The notes below the pieces were generated by a model. The model was not told the origin of the DNA, made no database searches, and was given only the letters and a program-made list of their open reading frames with translations. From Mobula hypostoma (taxonomy: Eukaryota), in NCBI RefSeq assembly GCF_963921235.1, contig NC_086097.1, positions 19,098,001 to 19,162,000 of the forward strand: DNA of 64,000 nt, given 5' to 3'. The position numbers and the translations under genes are program-made. Positions 24,930 to 38,835 of this stretch are shown here, in pieces. Numbering within the stretch: position 1 is the first letter of the stretch; every line of letters begins with the position of its first letter.

Positions 24930-25535
24930 TTGATATGTAGTGGAGAGTATACTGACTGGCTGCATCACAGCCTGGTAAGGAAACACCAACGCCCTTGAAT
25001 GGAAAATCCTACAAAAAGTAGTGTATATGCCATAGTCCATCACAGGGAAAGCCCTCCCCACCATTGGGCATTATCTCAGGAAAGCAGCATCTATCATCAA
25101 GGTCTCCCACCACCCAGGTCATGCTCTCTTCTCGCTGCTACCATCAGGAAGAAGGTACCAGGTTCAGGAACAGTTACTACCCTCAACCATCAGGCTCTTG
25201 AACCAAAGGGGGTAACTTCACTCACCTTCACTTGCCCCATCATTGAAATGTTCCCACAAGCTATGGACTCACTTCCAAGAATTCATCATCTCATGTTCCT
25301 GATACTTACTTATTTGTTTGTTTGTTGTTTATTTGTTTATTATTTCTTTGTTTTTGTATTTTCACAGTTTGTTGTCTTCTGCACTCTAGCTGAATGCCAA
25401 AATTGGTGGTCTTTCATTAATTCTGTTATAGTTGTTATTCTGTAAATTTATTGAGTATGTGTGCAAGAAAATGAATCTCAGGGTTGTATATGGTGAGATA
25501 TATGTACTTTGGTAGTAAATTTACTTTGAACTAAA
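24930..25535 (+). mobile_element. Rex1-like LINE 3' fragment
   Basis: gtggagagtatactgactggctgcatcacagcctgg (VESILTGCITAW), ctaccatcaggaagaagg; tail aaatttactttgaac. Confidence 0.85.
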
Positions 25536-26984
25536 CTTTGGAAGATTGAAGAAAAAGTTGCATTGGGAGATTTTGCACTAGTGCACCAATTCATCTCAGT
25601 TTTAGCACTTGGAGGCTTTCAAAAACATAACAATTTACAAAGTTAAGGAATGGTTTAATAAAAATGTTTGTTGAGACAAATTCATAGCAATTCAAAAGTG
25701 TGAACTTGAACAAGCCCTTTCTGTTTCTCCAGCAATAAATCTGTTTCTTTATCTCCTCATCTGCTTCTCTGCTTTTTTCTTATCATAATCTCTTGGCCTG
25801 AGAACAAGTGGGAGAAAATCAACACTGTAATGTGTCATGTTGTCTCATATTCTGTCTTTGACAAAAATCCAGAATTTCCTTTAGTCATCAAACAGAAAAG
25901 CACTTTGTCACAGTTTTCTCCAAAGAGTTAAAGAAAGCTCCATATTTAGTAGTGACAAGGGAATAGAAACAGGAGAAAATATATCAAAAATATCATAATT
26001 AATACATGGTTTTGTTTTTTATGGAAGGAAAGCTGGAAATTGTAGGGTTTTTAAACCAAAAGAGCTCAGAGGGTGTTGGAGAATAAAAAAAGGATTTTAT
26101 TGGAGCTAAGATCTTTCAAAACATCTTTCTTCGCTTCACTTTTCCTCTTCCATTATTGGCTTGGCTTTATCTCTCTTTATAAGTTCCAGCATGTTGGACA
26201 TTTCCTACAGAATCAGAATCAGATTCAGCTTATTGCCAGTATATGAGACATACCAGAATTGATCGTGGTTCAGTGCCAAGCACAAAACACAGGACAATGC
26301 CATAACAGACAACACAACAGCAACCAACAATTTACAAAGACAATAGTGCAAACAACCATGAGCAACCAACAATTAGCAGAACAGTCACATGTGCAAACAT
26401 CAATAATCAAACTTAAATAAATTTGATTTAAAATTTGATCATATGAGCAGACTAAATAATTATCAATTATCCAGAACAAGGAGGAAAGGAAAGACCATTT
26501 AACGGATGTTGTGCAGGGACAGTTAGGATAATTTATGCATTCTTTCTTTCTCTCTGTCTTTCTAACTGCCCCATTTCACCATTACTTTTGCATTACTTCA
26601 CATGTTCCCTGTCTCTAATTTCCATTGCCAACCTATCCACATAAAACCTGAATGGCTGATTATCCCCATGATAACCCTGGCCTCATCTAAAGTTAATTCC
26701 TGTTCACTCCTCCACCCTCTCAACAATTTAAGACCAACTTGCCTTCTGTCATTCTCACTTCCAACAAAAAGATGTCGACTGCAAACATTAACACTGATCC
26801 TCTCCTACAGATACTGCCTGACCTGCTGTTTCCATCATTATTTTATGTATTTATTTTTGTTTGAAGATACAGGATAGAACAGGCTCTTCTGGCCCAGCAG
26901 TCCAGTTTAAGATTTAATCTTAGTCTAATCATAGGACAATTTACAATGACCGATTAACTTACTAACCGTACATGTTTGGACTTG

Positions 26985-27395
26985 TTGCCAACCTTTTAAC
27001 TTACTCTAAGATCAATCTAAGCCTTCCTTCCTAGATAGAACTCCATTTTTCTATCATTCATGTGCCCAAGAGTTTATTAAAAGCTACTAATGTATCTGCC
27101 TCTACCATTACCCCTGGCAGGGCATTCAATGCATCCATCACTCTCTGTGTAAAAATCTTACCTCAGATATCCCCCCCCCCCAATACTCCTCCAATCACCT
27201 TAAAACTAGGCTCCCTGGTATTAATTGACACCGGAGGAAAATAATCTCTGGCTATCCACTCAATCTATGCCTCCTTATCATTGTGTACACCTCCATCAAG
27301 TCACCTCTCATTCTCCTTCGATCCAAAGAGAAAGCCCATAGCTCACTCAACCTTTCCTCGTAAGACTTGCTCTCTAATCAGGACAGCATTCCGTT
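26985..27395 (-). mobile_element. CR1 3' fragment
   Basis: catccatcactctctgtgtaaaa and atcaagtcacctctcattct (reverse RGDLI). Confidence 0.8.
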
Positions 27396-28237
27396 TTATG
27401 TTAAGCCAGGCTCTTGATGACGATTAAACAGTGATTATTAATAATAATGATAAATACTTTATTGATCCCGAGTGGGATGTGCTTCAGAAAGAACAGGATG
27501 TACAGGAAGAATGTGCTGCAGTCCTTTAGTTCCCTTGAATGTGCTCCCTCACGGCTGAGGGAGTGTAAAGAAGGAAAGACCACTCCTCTTCACTGACCAC
27601 GCCCTTCTCACCAACGTCCATCCGTCAAGTTGGCCCAATGAAGTAATAGGTAACACTCAGTCCCAGTTGGAACAAGAAACAAAGAAAAACTAAGTTATTT
27701 CCAGCAAGCACTCGTGAGCAGAGTGACAGGAATTTGGGGTATTGCTTGTGGGACGAACGTTGGTTGGGATCTCAGGGCTATCACCCAAATTGTGCATCTC
27801 TTCCAAAACTCAACTGTGACATAAGAAGGGGCTCTTGTCACTGATTGGTTGCATGGCAAACTCTCTCTGTTGTCTGGAGTTTTGTCCACATTGGCTCAGC
27901 AACAAGATCCTCTCCCTCTGTCACAAATGAGTTTCTGTAATGACGACCAATCAGAAACTCAAGGTGTCTCCTTGTATGGTGGTGAAATGTTTGCAAATCA
28001 ATTGCCAAGATCGGAGAAGAACTCAACCCAACTTTATATATATTCCTAAAACTTTTGCACAGTACTGTATTTTTATATATATAATTCTTTATTCTTTATA
28101 ATCATTGAATGTTGATTTTTTTATTGCATGTCCCACCCTGACCAACATACCACATGAAGTTGATCCATGATCCTTGATGGGGCAGCATTCCTTCTTTACT
28201 ACAGGGGACATCCTTTGAGGTTTCTTACATTTTGATC

Positions 28238-29030
28238 AGAATCAGAATCAAGTTTATTATCACTGACATATATTGTGAAATGTGTTTTGTGACAGCAGTA
28301 CTGTGCAATACATACAGTAACATTTACTGCAAATTACATAAGAATATGTAAAAGAAATAATTGAATAGTACAAAAAAAAGGCAAAAAGGTGAGGTGGTGT
28401 TCATGGGTTCATGGACCATTCATAGATCTGATGACAAAGGGCAAGAAGTTATTCTTAAAATGTTGGGTGTCTTCATCCCCCTGTACCTCCCCCAGTGGTA
28501 TTGATGAGAAGGGCACATCCCAGATGGTGAGGGTCCTTAGTGATGATTGCCCCCTTCCTGAGGCATTGCCTTTGGAAGATGTTCTTGATGCTGGGGAGGT
28601 TAGTGCCAATGATGGAGCTGGCTGTGTCTACAACCCTCTGCAGCTTTTTCCAAACCTTTGCACTGGCACCTCCATACCAGACGCTGATGCAACCTGTTAG
28701 ACTTCTGTCCATGGTACATCTGTAGAAATTTGCTGGAGTCTTTAAGAACATACCAAATCTCCTCAAACTGCTATTAATATATAGCCACTGAGATGCCTTC
28801 TTCATAACTGCATCAGTGTGATGGTCCCGGGCTGGATCTTCATAGATGTTCACACCCAGGTGCTAGAAGCTGCTCAACCTTTTCCACTACTGACCGCTCG
28901 AAGAGGAATGGTGTGTGTTCCCTCGGCATCCCCTTCCTGAAGTCCATTTTCAATTCCTTGCTCGTACTGACATTGAGTGCAAGGTGGTCGCTACAACACC
29001 ACTCAACCAGCTGATCTATCTCACTCCTTT
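28238..29030 (-). mobile_element. Rex1-like LINE 3' fragment
   Basis: ORF 28473..28853 (LRRFGM, NFYRCT, LTGCISVWYG, KKLQRVVDTA); (ATCAGA)n tail. Confidence 0.88.
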
Positions 29031-29247
29031 GACAATGATCACACTATGTTTACGATGCAAGTTGTGTCAGGCCACCTTGCAATGTTCCAAAGCAACCTCT
29101 CCAGTGAAGTGTATCCAAACAAACAGATGAACCAACACAGCACAGAAGGCTGCAGAGTGCAGTTAAATGGCAGTGGTTTGGGATGGTGTAGACTGTCCCC
29201 AGGTTACCAACACCCAACCTATGGACACATAGGTTGGGGTTGGACTC

Positions 29248-29537
29248 TGCAGTATCATAGTGGTTAGAAGAACACTATTACAGCTCGAGGTGTGGGAGAT
29301 CAGAGTTCAATTTCAACATCCTTTATAAGGAATTTATACAGTACATCTTTCCCGTGAGCCCATGGGTGTCCTAGTGTGCTCCAGTTTCCACCCACAGTCC
29401 AAAGACATGCTGGTGAGTAGGATAATTGGTCATTGTCAATTGTTCTGTGGTTAAAATAGGTGGGTTGGTGGGTAGTGTGGCTCGTTGGGCTGAAGTGGCC
29501 TGCTGCACACTCTATCTCTAAATAAATTAATAAATTA
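29248..29537 (+). mobile_element. V-SINE-type SINE with CR1-like tail
   Basis: Head atagtggttag, B-box-like agttcaattt, core gtgctccagtttccacccacagtccaaagac, tail tctctaaataaattaataaa. Confidence 0.8.
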
Positions 29538-29857
29538 ACGCACTATATACAAACGACCTCCTAGGAGATTATCTAACTCAAAAGTCCAAAGTATGTACAA
29601 ACATTCATTCCTACAAATGGCAGAACTGGTTTCCTCTCTCCTTCCACCTTCAGTCATTGACCTTTTTTATCAGTCTTTTGTGCTTTTGACTTTGTACTTT
29701 GCAATACTGTGAAGGTACGGCTACCATATTAAGTGATGTTTATGTATTTTCTGATGAAACCGAGTTTCTGATGTCTGCCAAAACAGAACGCAGTTTGTGC
29801 TTGAAAATGAGCCTGAACATGGAGGGCTGAATGGCCTGTTTCTGTGCTCTATGAGTC

Positions 29858-30090
29858 TAAACACAAGAGAGTTTGCAGGTGCTGGAAATCCAGAGTAACA
29901 GACACGAGATGTGGGAGGAACACAACAGGTCAGGCAGCATCTACGGAGAAGAATAAAGAGTTGATATTTTGGGCCAAGACCTTTCATCGGGATGCTATGG
30001 AGTCCAGATGAAGCGTTGTGGCCTGAAACATCAACTCTATTCCTTTCCATGAATGCCGTTAAGTTCTTCCAGCATTTTGCGTGTTACTTT
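29858..30090. mobile_element. Penelope-terminus fold-back element
   Basis: Inverted arms around ~29995 (ctttcatcggga ... tccagatgaag). Confidence 0.78.
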
Positions 30091-30944
30091 ATAAATTGAT
30101 GACTTTTGTCTGGTATTGTTCAGTGGAACATAAGGAACTGAAGAAATGCTAAATCTTCTTTTATTCCTCTTGTCTCTCAGTATTGGAAGTTTCTTTTGAT
30201 CAAAAGATTGCTCATTGTAATGGCTGGAAAATATTCTGTCCCACTTTTTGCCAAAGGACCAAGTGATTTATCAGCAATTTCCCACATACTCTGCAATTAA
30301 TTCAATAAATCAGTCAATGGAAAATGTCTTCTTCTGCTCCTGTGATGCAAATTGGTCAAACAATTTCATCGAACGACCCATTTTTGCCTGCAACATATCT
30401 TCGATTTCAGATTTCCTCAAAGGCGTGCCTGGATCACAAGAAGACTTGAAAAGTTGATCAATCGAAAATACATTTGTACATGAACTGGAGTGTTGGTATT
30501 CATTTAAATAAACAGAGGAACGTCATTGCAAACATGTGCAAACATGCACAGCAAGATCTAAAACTGCTTTAAAAAGGCCCCGATTTTGAAACTATAGCAC
30601 GAATCCACTGGCATCTCCCCACTCTACCTGGAGTTCCCCTCCAGCTGCAGACAAGGTAGATTTCTATTTGTTCTTGCTCATGGGTTCTATTAGAACATCG
30701 TTAACAGTGTGCTCTGGGGACTGACACTTTCTTCTCCAAATCTACTTCTAGAAAACCAGCTGCTGTTTGCAATTTTAGCTGCAAGCAAAATACAATAATC
30801 AAAATGGATTTTGTCAGCTTCAATGCGCAATGGTTTTTCTCATCCAGTTCAGCTTTAACAAACCTTGGTGCAAAATGGTAAAGTTTTAGTAACGTTGAAC
30901 TGGCATCCCGGAGATAAACACTATGCCTAAAGGAAAGGAAGAAG

Positions 30945-31770
30945 AGCAACACACACAAAATCCTGGAGGAACTCAGCGGGTCAGACAGTATCTATGGAAA
31001 TGAATGCACAATCGACATTTCAGGCTGAGACCATTCACCAGGACTGGAAAGGAAGGGAAAAGACACCAGAATCAAAAGGAGTGGGGAAGGGAAGCAGGAC
31101 AAGTGAGAAGGTGATAGGTGAAGCCAGATGGATGGGAAAGGTAAAAAGCTGGAGAAGAAGGAATCTCATAGGAGAGGAGAGTGGATCATGGGAGAAAGGA
31201 AAGATGAAGGAGCACCGGGGGAAGTGATAGGCACGTGGGAAGAGGTAAGAGACCAGACTGAGGAACAGGAGAAGAGAGAAGGGAAGGGGAAAAGAAAAAA
31301 AAAGATTACTGGAAGAAAAAAAATCGTTGTTCATGCCATTAGTTTGGAGGCGACCCAGACAGAATATGAGGTGTTCCTCCTCCACCCTGAGAGTGGCTTC
31401 ATTGTAGCAAAAGAGGAGTCCATGACCTGACATGTCAGACCAGGAACTGGGATAGGAATTAAAATGGTTGGCCACTGGGAAATTCCACTTTTGGTGGATG
31501 GAGTGGAGGTGCTTGACAAAGCGATCCCCCAATCTATGTTGAGTCTCACCAACGTAGAGGAGGCCGCGTTGGGAGCACTGGATACAACAGACAACCCCAA
31601 ATGATTCACTGACGGAATATAGCCTCACCTGGAAGGACTGCTTGGGGCCTGAATGGAGGTGAGGGAGAAGGTGACTGGGCAGGTGCAGCATTTCTGTTGC
31701 TTGATAAGCGATAAGTGCCAGGAGGGAGATTAGTGGGGAGGGATGAATGGAATAACGATAGAGGAAGGAA
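30945..31770 (-). mobile_element. Penelope-like element 3' end with GIY-YIG endonuclease remnant
   Basis: ORF 31035..31799: GVVCCIQCSQRGLLYVGETQHRLGDRFVKHL...PVANHFN...EEEHLIFCLGRLQTNGMN. Confidence 0.9.
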
Positions 31771-32084
31771 GAATAGGCTTGTTTCCCAGGTAAATCCATC
31801 TAGAAAGAGGGTTAAATATCACAATATCTCAATAATGCGAAATGTTGAGGGATTTCAATCTTTAAGAATCAGTTACTCCTATGGAACCTGCAGTCACCAT
31901 TACACAAGTTACTGTCCAATTTATGGAGATGTTTTACTGAGGGCAGTCAGATTTGAAGATATGCCACAGGCCAAGTGTAATAGTTGATACATCTCCCTGC
32001 ATTTATCTTTCCTAAAGAAGGGGCTGCAACTAATAACTCATTCACCAAACCATGCTCCAGTGGTTGTGCAGTACTAATGACGAG

Positions 32085-32443
32085 CACCATCTCCTTGTTG
32101 TGATGGAGAGACTTGTGAGTTCCTAAGATCCCGAGAGCGACGCGGTCTGGAACTTAACTCCTGGTAGGGTCAACCATGGTGGTAAGGTAAAGCGGGAGAT
32201 CCCGGACAAAGAGCAATCCAACCAAGATCTCAACAGTGGAGCTGGCAAAAGATGATGGCACATCACAACAGCAGTGAAGAGTCCTCAGTCGTCTTGCATT
32301 CCATGTCACTGGACTCTGTCAAGGACTGCCCATGCATCAGTCTCCCCACATTAAACAAAGTCACACATAGGTGTTCTCCATAAAGGTAATAACCCCTTTG
32401 GAGAACATCATACTCAACTTGAGTGATTGCTCTACTACTACTA
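32085..32443 (+). mobile_element. Short RTE-derived non-autonomous element
   Basis: ctcctggtagggtcaaccatgg...gacaaagagcaatccaaccaaga resembles 5' regions of fish RTE (Rex3/Expander-type) elements from memory; (CTA)n tail. Confidence 0.5.
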
Positions 32444-32811
32444 TTGTACAGATGGCCACATAGATAATGTGCAGAAAACAGTGAGGGAGAGCAGGTGTAG
32501 GGCAAATGAATAGCTGTAAGAAATTAGTATTGATGAAAAAATAGTATTGCAGAATCCTGATGCAAGGTGATAAATCCTCAGGATCTGACAACTGACACCC
32601 AATGCTTTCAGAGGCAATGGAAATGCAGATGGTGAATGCGCTATTGTCATTTTCCAATGTAGGTCAAGTTCAAGTTTAATTGTCATTCAACCATACATGA
32701 ATTCCCATGAATTCAGCCAAATGAAATACTTGGCTCCTTCAGGGCCAAGGTGCAAAACACAATAACAAAAGTCACACACAGCACAACGAACATATAGCAC
32801 ATATGTGTTTA

Positions 32812-34065
32812 GAACTAGAATATAAAAGCAACAATGTAATGTTAAGGCTTTACATAGCACTGGTGAGGTCTCACTTGGAAAATTGTGAGCAGTTTTTGGC
32901 ACCTTGGGCACCAGGATGTGCTGACATTGGACAGGGTCCAAAGGAGGTTCATGAAAATGATTCTGGGATTGAAAGATTTGTCATATGAGGAGCGTTTGAT
33001 GGCTCTGGGCCTCTACTCACTGAAATTCAGAATTCAGGGGTGACCTCATTGAAACCTATCGAATGGTGAATGGCCTCAATAGAGTGGATGTGGAGAGGAT
33101 GTTTCCTATTGTGAAGGAGTCTGAGACCAGGGGACACAGCTGCCGAATAGAGGGATGACCTTTTAGAATGGAGATGAGGGGAATTTCTTTAGCCAGAGAG
33201 TGGAATTCTTTGACACAGGTGGCTGTGAAGGCCAAGTCATTGGGTATACTTAAGGCAGAGGTTGACAGATTCTTGATTAGTCAGGCCATGAAGGAATTTG
33301 GGAAGAAGGCAAGCGAATGAGGCAGAGAAAGAAAATATATCATTGGTACATTGGCCTTTATTAATCAAAGTATTGAGTATCAGAGCTGGAATGTTATGAT
33401 GAGGTTGTATAAAGTATTGGTGAGGCCGAATCTGGAGTATTGTGTTCAGTTTTGGTCACCAAATTACAGGAAGGATATAAATAAGGTTGAAAGAGTGCAG
33501 AGAAGGTTTACAAGGATGTTGCCAGGACTTGAGAAACTCAGTTACAGAGAAAGGTTGAATAGGTTAGGACTTTATTCCCCGGAGCGCAGAAGAATAAGGG
33601 GAGATTTGATAGAGGTATATAAAATTATGATGGGTATAGATAGAGTGAATGCAAGCAGGCTTTTTCCACTGAGGCAAGGGGAGAAAAAAACCAGAGGACA
33701 TGGTTAAGGGTGAGGGGGGAGAAGTTTAAAGGGAACATTAGTGGGGGCTTCTTCACACAGAGAGTGGTGGGAGTATGGAATGAGCTGCCAGATGAGGTGG
33801 TAAATGCGCATTCTTTTTTAACATTTAGGAATAAATTGGACAGATACATGGATGGGAGGTGTATGGAGGGATATGATCCGTGTGCAGGTCAGTGGGACTA
33901 CGCAGAAAATGGTTCGGCACAGCCAAGAAGAGCCAAAAGGCCTGTTCTGTGCTGTAGTTTCTATGGTTTCTACGGTTTCTATGGTATCAGCCATGATGAA
34001 ATGGCAGAGCAGACGATCAGCCAAGTGGCCTAATTCTGCTCCTATACCTATGGTCTAATGGTCTA
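32812..34065 (+). mobile_element. CR1 3' fragment whose 3' UTR is interrupted by a second CR1 (33343-33984)
   Basis: Inner copy ORFs 33351..33707 and 33710..34033, (TTTCTATGG)3 tail; TATCA at 33338-33342 and 33985-33989; outer UTR resumes at cagccatgatgaaatggc. Confidence 0.9.
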
Positions 34066-34214
34066 ATATAAGATAGCAAGCATATTCCACATGTTTGCAG
34101 TGCAGAAAGTAATGGTATTGGTTTATTATTGTCACATGGTCCGAAATAGAGTCAAAAGCTTCTGTCTGCATGCCATCCAATCAGATAGAAGCTGCCCTTG
34201 ACCCTGGTGAAATA

Positions 34215-34615
34215 TGCTTTGGAGCAACGGAGGATGAGAGACGACTTGATCAAGGTTATATGGTTAGAAGTGGCAGACATAAAGTGGGCAGCCAGACCAT
34301 TTTTCCGAGGGCGGCAGTGGCCAATACCAGAGGACATCCTTTCACGGTGGGTGGAGAAAAGTTTAGTGGAGATGTCAGAGGTGGGTTTTTGACGCGGAGA
34401 GTGGTAAGTGCATGGATTGGACTGACGGAGGTGGTGGTTTTAGAGGCAGATACGTGCATTAGGAACACTTAAGAGACTCTGAGATAAGCACGTAGGTGAA
34501 AGGAAATTGGAGTGTTGTGGGCTGTAGAGGAGGGAAGGTTTAGATGATCAAGGGTAGTTTTATATAGATCAGCTCAACATTGTGGGCTGCACTGATCTAT
34601 ATTCTTATGTTCTAT
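34215..34615 (+). mobile_element. CR1 3' fragment
   Basis: FPRAAVANTRGH...GGFLTRRVVSAW in ORF 34170..34472. Confidence 0.85.
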
Positions 34616-37256
34616 CATTTCAAAAGAGAGCAGAATGCAGAATATAGTGTTAAAGAGAAAGCACAGCGCAGTGAATGAAATGCAAAGGCTACAGCAGGGT
34701 AGACTGGAAGATTGAGAGTTCATTATTTACCATGAATGTCTGATAACAGCAGGGTAGAGCCTACCCTTGGATCTGGTGGCATGTATTCTCTAGCTTTTGT
34801 ATCTTCTGCCCAATATGAGAAATGAGAAGAGAGAGTGAAGATGCTGGGAGGGTTCCTCCTGCTTTCCCGGGACAGCAGGAAGTGCAGACAGAGTCAATGG
34901 TTGGAAAGTTTAAATATAGCCCCATTATTTATGAAAGAAGAGAGAGAGAATAAAGACTAACGAGTATGACATCAGTACAGGGAAAGGCTGAAATCTATAA
35001 ATAGAAAAGGTGTAGCAGTGCTCTTAGAAAATAATATGGAGCTATAAAAGGGAAGTCATGTTAAGTGTTTTCAGATGTTGTAAGTAGTAGAATAGATAAA
35101 GGTAACCAATGTGTGCTTTCAGAAGATCATTGGTAAGATGCTTCACAAGAAGTTATTAAATAATTTCAGAGTCCATGGAAGTTGGAGTTAGTGTAGTGGC
35201 AGAGACTGAGGATGGTTCACAGACAAAATGCAGGATGGGATTGTTGGAGTGCCGCGGGAATCAGTACTGGGGTCCCGGCTGTTCAGTGACCTGGATGAGA
35301 TCTTGGAAGTCGGCTGAAGCAAAGCTGGGTGTCTGTATGGGCTTTGAAGTGGTTACACAAAGGCTTCAGTGTAACAGATGTGGTTGCCAGCCTGCATTGA
35401 ACCAGGGTGGTTATGGCAAAGTTCTGTACCTTTAACCCAAAGGCTACCATGAGAGATGTAGATCAGGCGGACCCAAGTGCAGAGGAGAGCAGAAACAAGG
35501 ATGGTGTTGAACAAAGAATCTTTACTTGAGGATTGGTTTGTAGAGAACACAGGCTAGGACTCAAGAACCACTATCCAGGGTAGGTAAACTCAAGGCAGAA
35601 TAAAACAGAGGGAACTTAAACAGAGAAACAAAGCAAGACACGGGCGCACTGATAACTAAAACAAGATACAGATGAAAATAATCAGCTTATAAACAGGGGA
35701 GGAGGTGTGTCAGAGCCTGGAGGACTCTGGCACCCACTGCAGATCGGACTGAGGCACGACACTTCAAGTTTGTTAATTGAATGGAAAGGGGCATAGAAAA
35801 TGAAATGTAATGTGAAAACATATGAGGTCATTCACTATATAAATAAGAGAAGTTTTTTTAGGGGAGAATACAGGGGAATGGGGTAGAGAGGGAATCATAG
35901 ATCAAATGGTAAAATAAACCTGATGGACCAAATGGCCTAATTCTGTTCCTAAGTCTTATGATTGGTGTTCAGAGGAATATTATTCTTAGACACATTTATT
36001 TAGCTAAGACCTTTACACCGTACGGTAGTAGGCTCATCAATGCATTGAAGAGATGATGCCTCCATAAAATCCACAACATCCACTGGACAGGAGCAACGTC
36101 AGTGCCCTGTCCCAGGCTAACAGCCCTAGCGGTGAGGCACCAGGAGTGTCTACGTGGCCCCAGCGGGTCAGACATATCACGTGCATACTGGACACCAGAC
36201 AATAACAAACCAATGTGCCAAGTGTCAGTGGTGGTCGGTGCGTAGCTGAGGAGTCATGTCAGAGGTTTTCAGTATGCTCCATCCCATTGTGACAAGAGGC
36301 GTGGAGATGTTGCGATCTTCCTGTGCCTATGCTCTAACCTTTGGGGGAAACATGCTCTTTAATCACCCGCCAGCATCAAATAATAAACATGATTACAGAC
36401 AAGAGCTGCACAAAACACGAAGTAAACTTGGCACAATGATATTAGAGCCCATTGAGCCTGCTCACAAGCCCCTGGGGTAAAGATGGTAATTCAATCAGCA
36501 AGAATTCCCTGCATATACACTTCAGAACCGACTCTAAGCACACTGAGGCAATTAATATTGCCAGGTCTGCCCTGTGGAGCTGCTCTTTAACCCTCGATGA
36601 AATGTGTAATGCTTACTGTGTTAGTGATAAGGACCCATAAATCTAGTTAATCAAAATTTGAAATGACACTTATTTCAAAGGGGCCGAGGGGAGAGGAGGT
36701 CAGGGTGGTAAGCAGTGTTGGTAAGACAGAGACGCGGCTTGTACTAATCAGCCCAGCAGGGGTCTTTGACTTTCATGTTAAGCTGTCAGGTTCCTGGTTC
36801 AGCATGGGGATTCCTATAATTAGAGAAATCACAGGGCAAATTATTAAGGAGGGGATGGGGGGAGGGTGTACCCAAACTTCATAAATCTGCATCTCTCAGC
36901 AACTTCTGCTCTGAACTACACACTGCCACCCCCGGGCAGATCAGATACATGGAAATATTGCTGGCTGGCTGAGGAGCCATCAGCACAACACAACCTCTGA
37001 ACTGCTAGGAGACACATCATATACACTGGCATTGTAGAATTGAGGGTTGGGACACTCTGTAACCTGATGCTGTTGGACTGATGGGGTGTGATCTCTTAAA
37101 TACACTGATTCTGTTGTATTGATGATGAGAGACCCCCGTACACTGATGCGATTGAACTTAATGGTGGGGGGTCAACTCCTGTACACGGATCCTGTTGGAC
37201 TTCTGGGAGAGATATGCCCCCTCCCCAGTAGACTGTTACTTCTTACACCAACATGC

Positions 37257-37500
37257 AGCACAGTGGTGTGGCAGTTAGTGTGTCTCTATTACAGTTCCAG
37301 CAACCTAGGTTCAATTCTAACGGCCGTCTGTAAGGAGTTTGTAGATTCTTCCCTTGACTGTGTGGGTTGCCTCTGGGTGCTCTGGTTTCCTCCCACGTTC
37401 CAAAGATGTACAGGTTAGGTGAATTGGTCACACGGGTGTAGGGCACATTGGGCCAGAAGGGCCTGTTACCGTGCTAGATCTCTAAATAAAAAATAAACAA
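37257..37500 (+). mobile_element. V-SINE-type SINE with CR1-like tail
   Basis: ggttcaattc B box, ctctgggtgctctggtttcctcccacgttccaaaga core, gggccagaagggcctgtt...tctctaaataaa tail. Confidence 0.85.
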
Positions 37501-38144
37501 ACATATAATCAATTTCAGGGGAAGTGAGTTATCTGAGACCATTGTGGAAGTGACTAAAGACAAATATCGTTGATTCCAAAAAATTCTAATCCCTTAGAAG
37601 ATTCCGCCATCTGCTAGATACAGTTGTAACGTCTCCAACATGCAATATCTTTTTTTATTTATTCATCTTCTAGGACCTGGACATAGGCAGTATTATTGTC
37701 CATGCTTAATTGCCTTCAGATATCAAGTGGTGAACTACCTCACAGAACCGATGCAGACCTTCTGTTGAAGTTGCATACTCCCACAGTGCTGGTGTGAAGG
37801 CAGTTTGAGGGTTTAGACCCAGTCACACTGAAGACTGTTGTGCAACTCGGAGAGGAACATGCATGCGGTGATTTTCCTGTGTTCCCTGCTGCCCCTGTCT
37901 TTCCTGGTGGTCCAAGTCATGGGTTTGGGAGGTGCTAACAGAGTAGCTTGTTGTGCATTTTTTTTGGGTGTTTATATTTTACTGACGTCTTATATGTACT
38001 TGTTACCTTGTGTGTGTTCTGTGCTGTGCGTGACTGGTGGTACTGTGCTTTGACCTTGGTCCTGGAGTAACACTATCTCGTTTGGCTGTATTTGTGGGTC
38101 TTCATGTATGGTTGAATGACAATTAAATTGAATTGAATTGAATT

Positions 38145-38835
38145 GAACATAGAGCATTGAACAATATTTTACAGTACAAGTCCTTTGATCTAAAATGTTG
38201 TATCAACTTTTTAACCTACCCCACAACCAATCTTACTCTACCCTCCTACATAGCCCATAACCTCCTGTTTTCCTTACATCCCTGTGCCTATCTAAGAATC
38301 TTTTAAATGCCTCTGTTGTATCAGCCTCTGTCTCCAACCCAGCAATGCATTCCAGGGACCCATCATTCCCTTTGTAAAAAAACTACCTCTGATATCTCCC
38401 CTAACTTTCCTCCAATCATCATAAACAAGTGTCCTCTGGTGTTGGGCCACGTCCATCTAACTCTGCCTCACCCTCTGTAATCTATATGCCTCTATTAAGT
38501 CGCCTCTCATTCTCCATTGTTCCAGAAGGAAAAGTCCTAACTCACTCAACCTTTCCTCCTTACTGTCTGTAAAGAGTCTGTACATTCTCCCTGTGACCAC
38601 GGGTTTTCTCTGTGTTCTCCGACATCCCAACGATGCTCCCCATACCATGGACATACAGACTCGGGTTAGTAAGTTTTGGGCATGCCATGTTGGCACTTGA
38701 AATGTGGTGACACTTGTGGGCTTCCCTTCAGCGCATATTCACACTACGTTGGTTGTTGATGCAAAATGGATGCATTTCACTGTACCTGTCAATGTTTTGA
38801 TGTACGTGAGACAACTAAAGCTAATCTTTATCCTT
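38145..38835. mobile_element. Minus-strand CR1 3' fragment (38145-38560) followed by a plus-strand V-SINE fragment
   Basis: ERLSELGLFLLEQWRMRGDLIEAY on minus; ctgtctgtaaagagtctgtacattctccctgtgacc on plus. Confidence 0.75.

Noticed and set aside
30160..30460. Exon after the TTCCTCTTGTCTCTCAG acceptor
   Set aside because: All three frames stop within 40 codons, with no recognisable peptide or clear donor.
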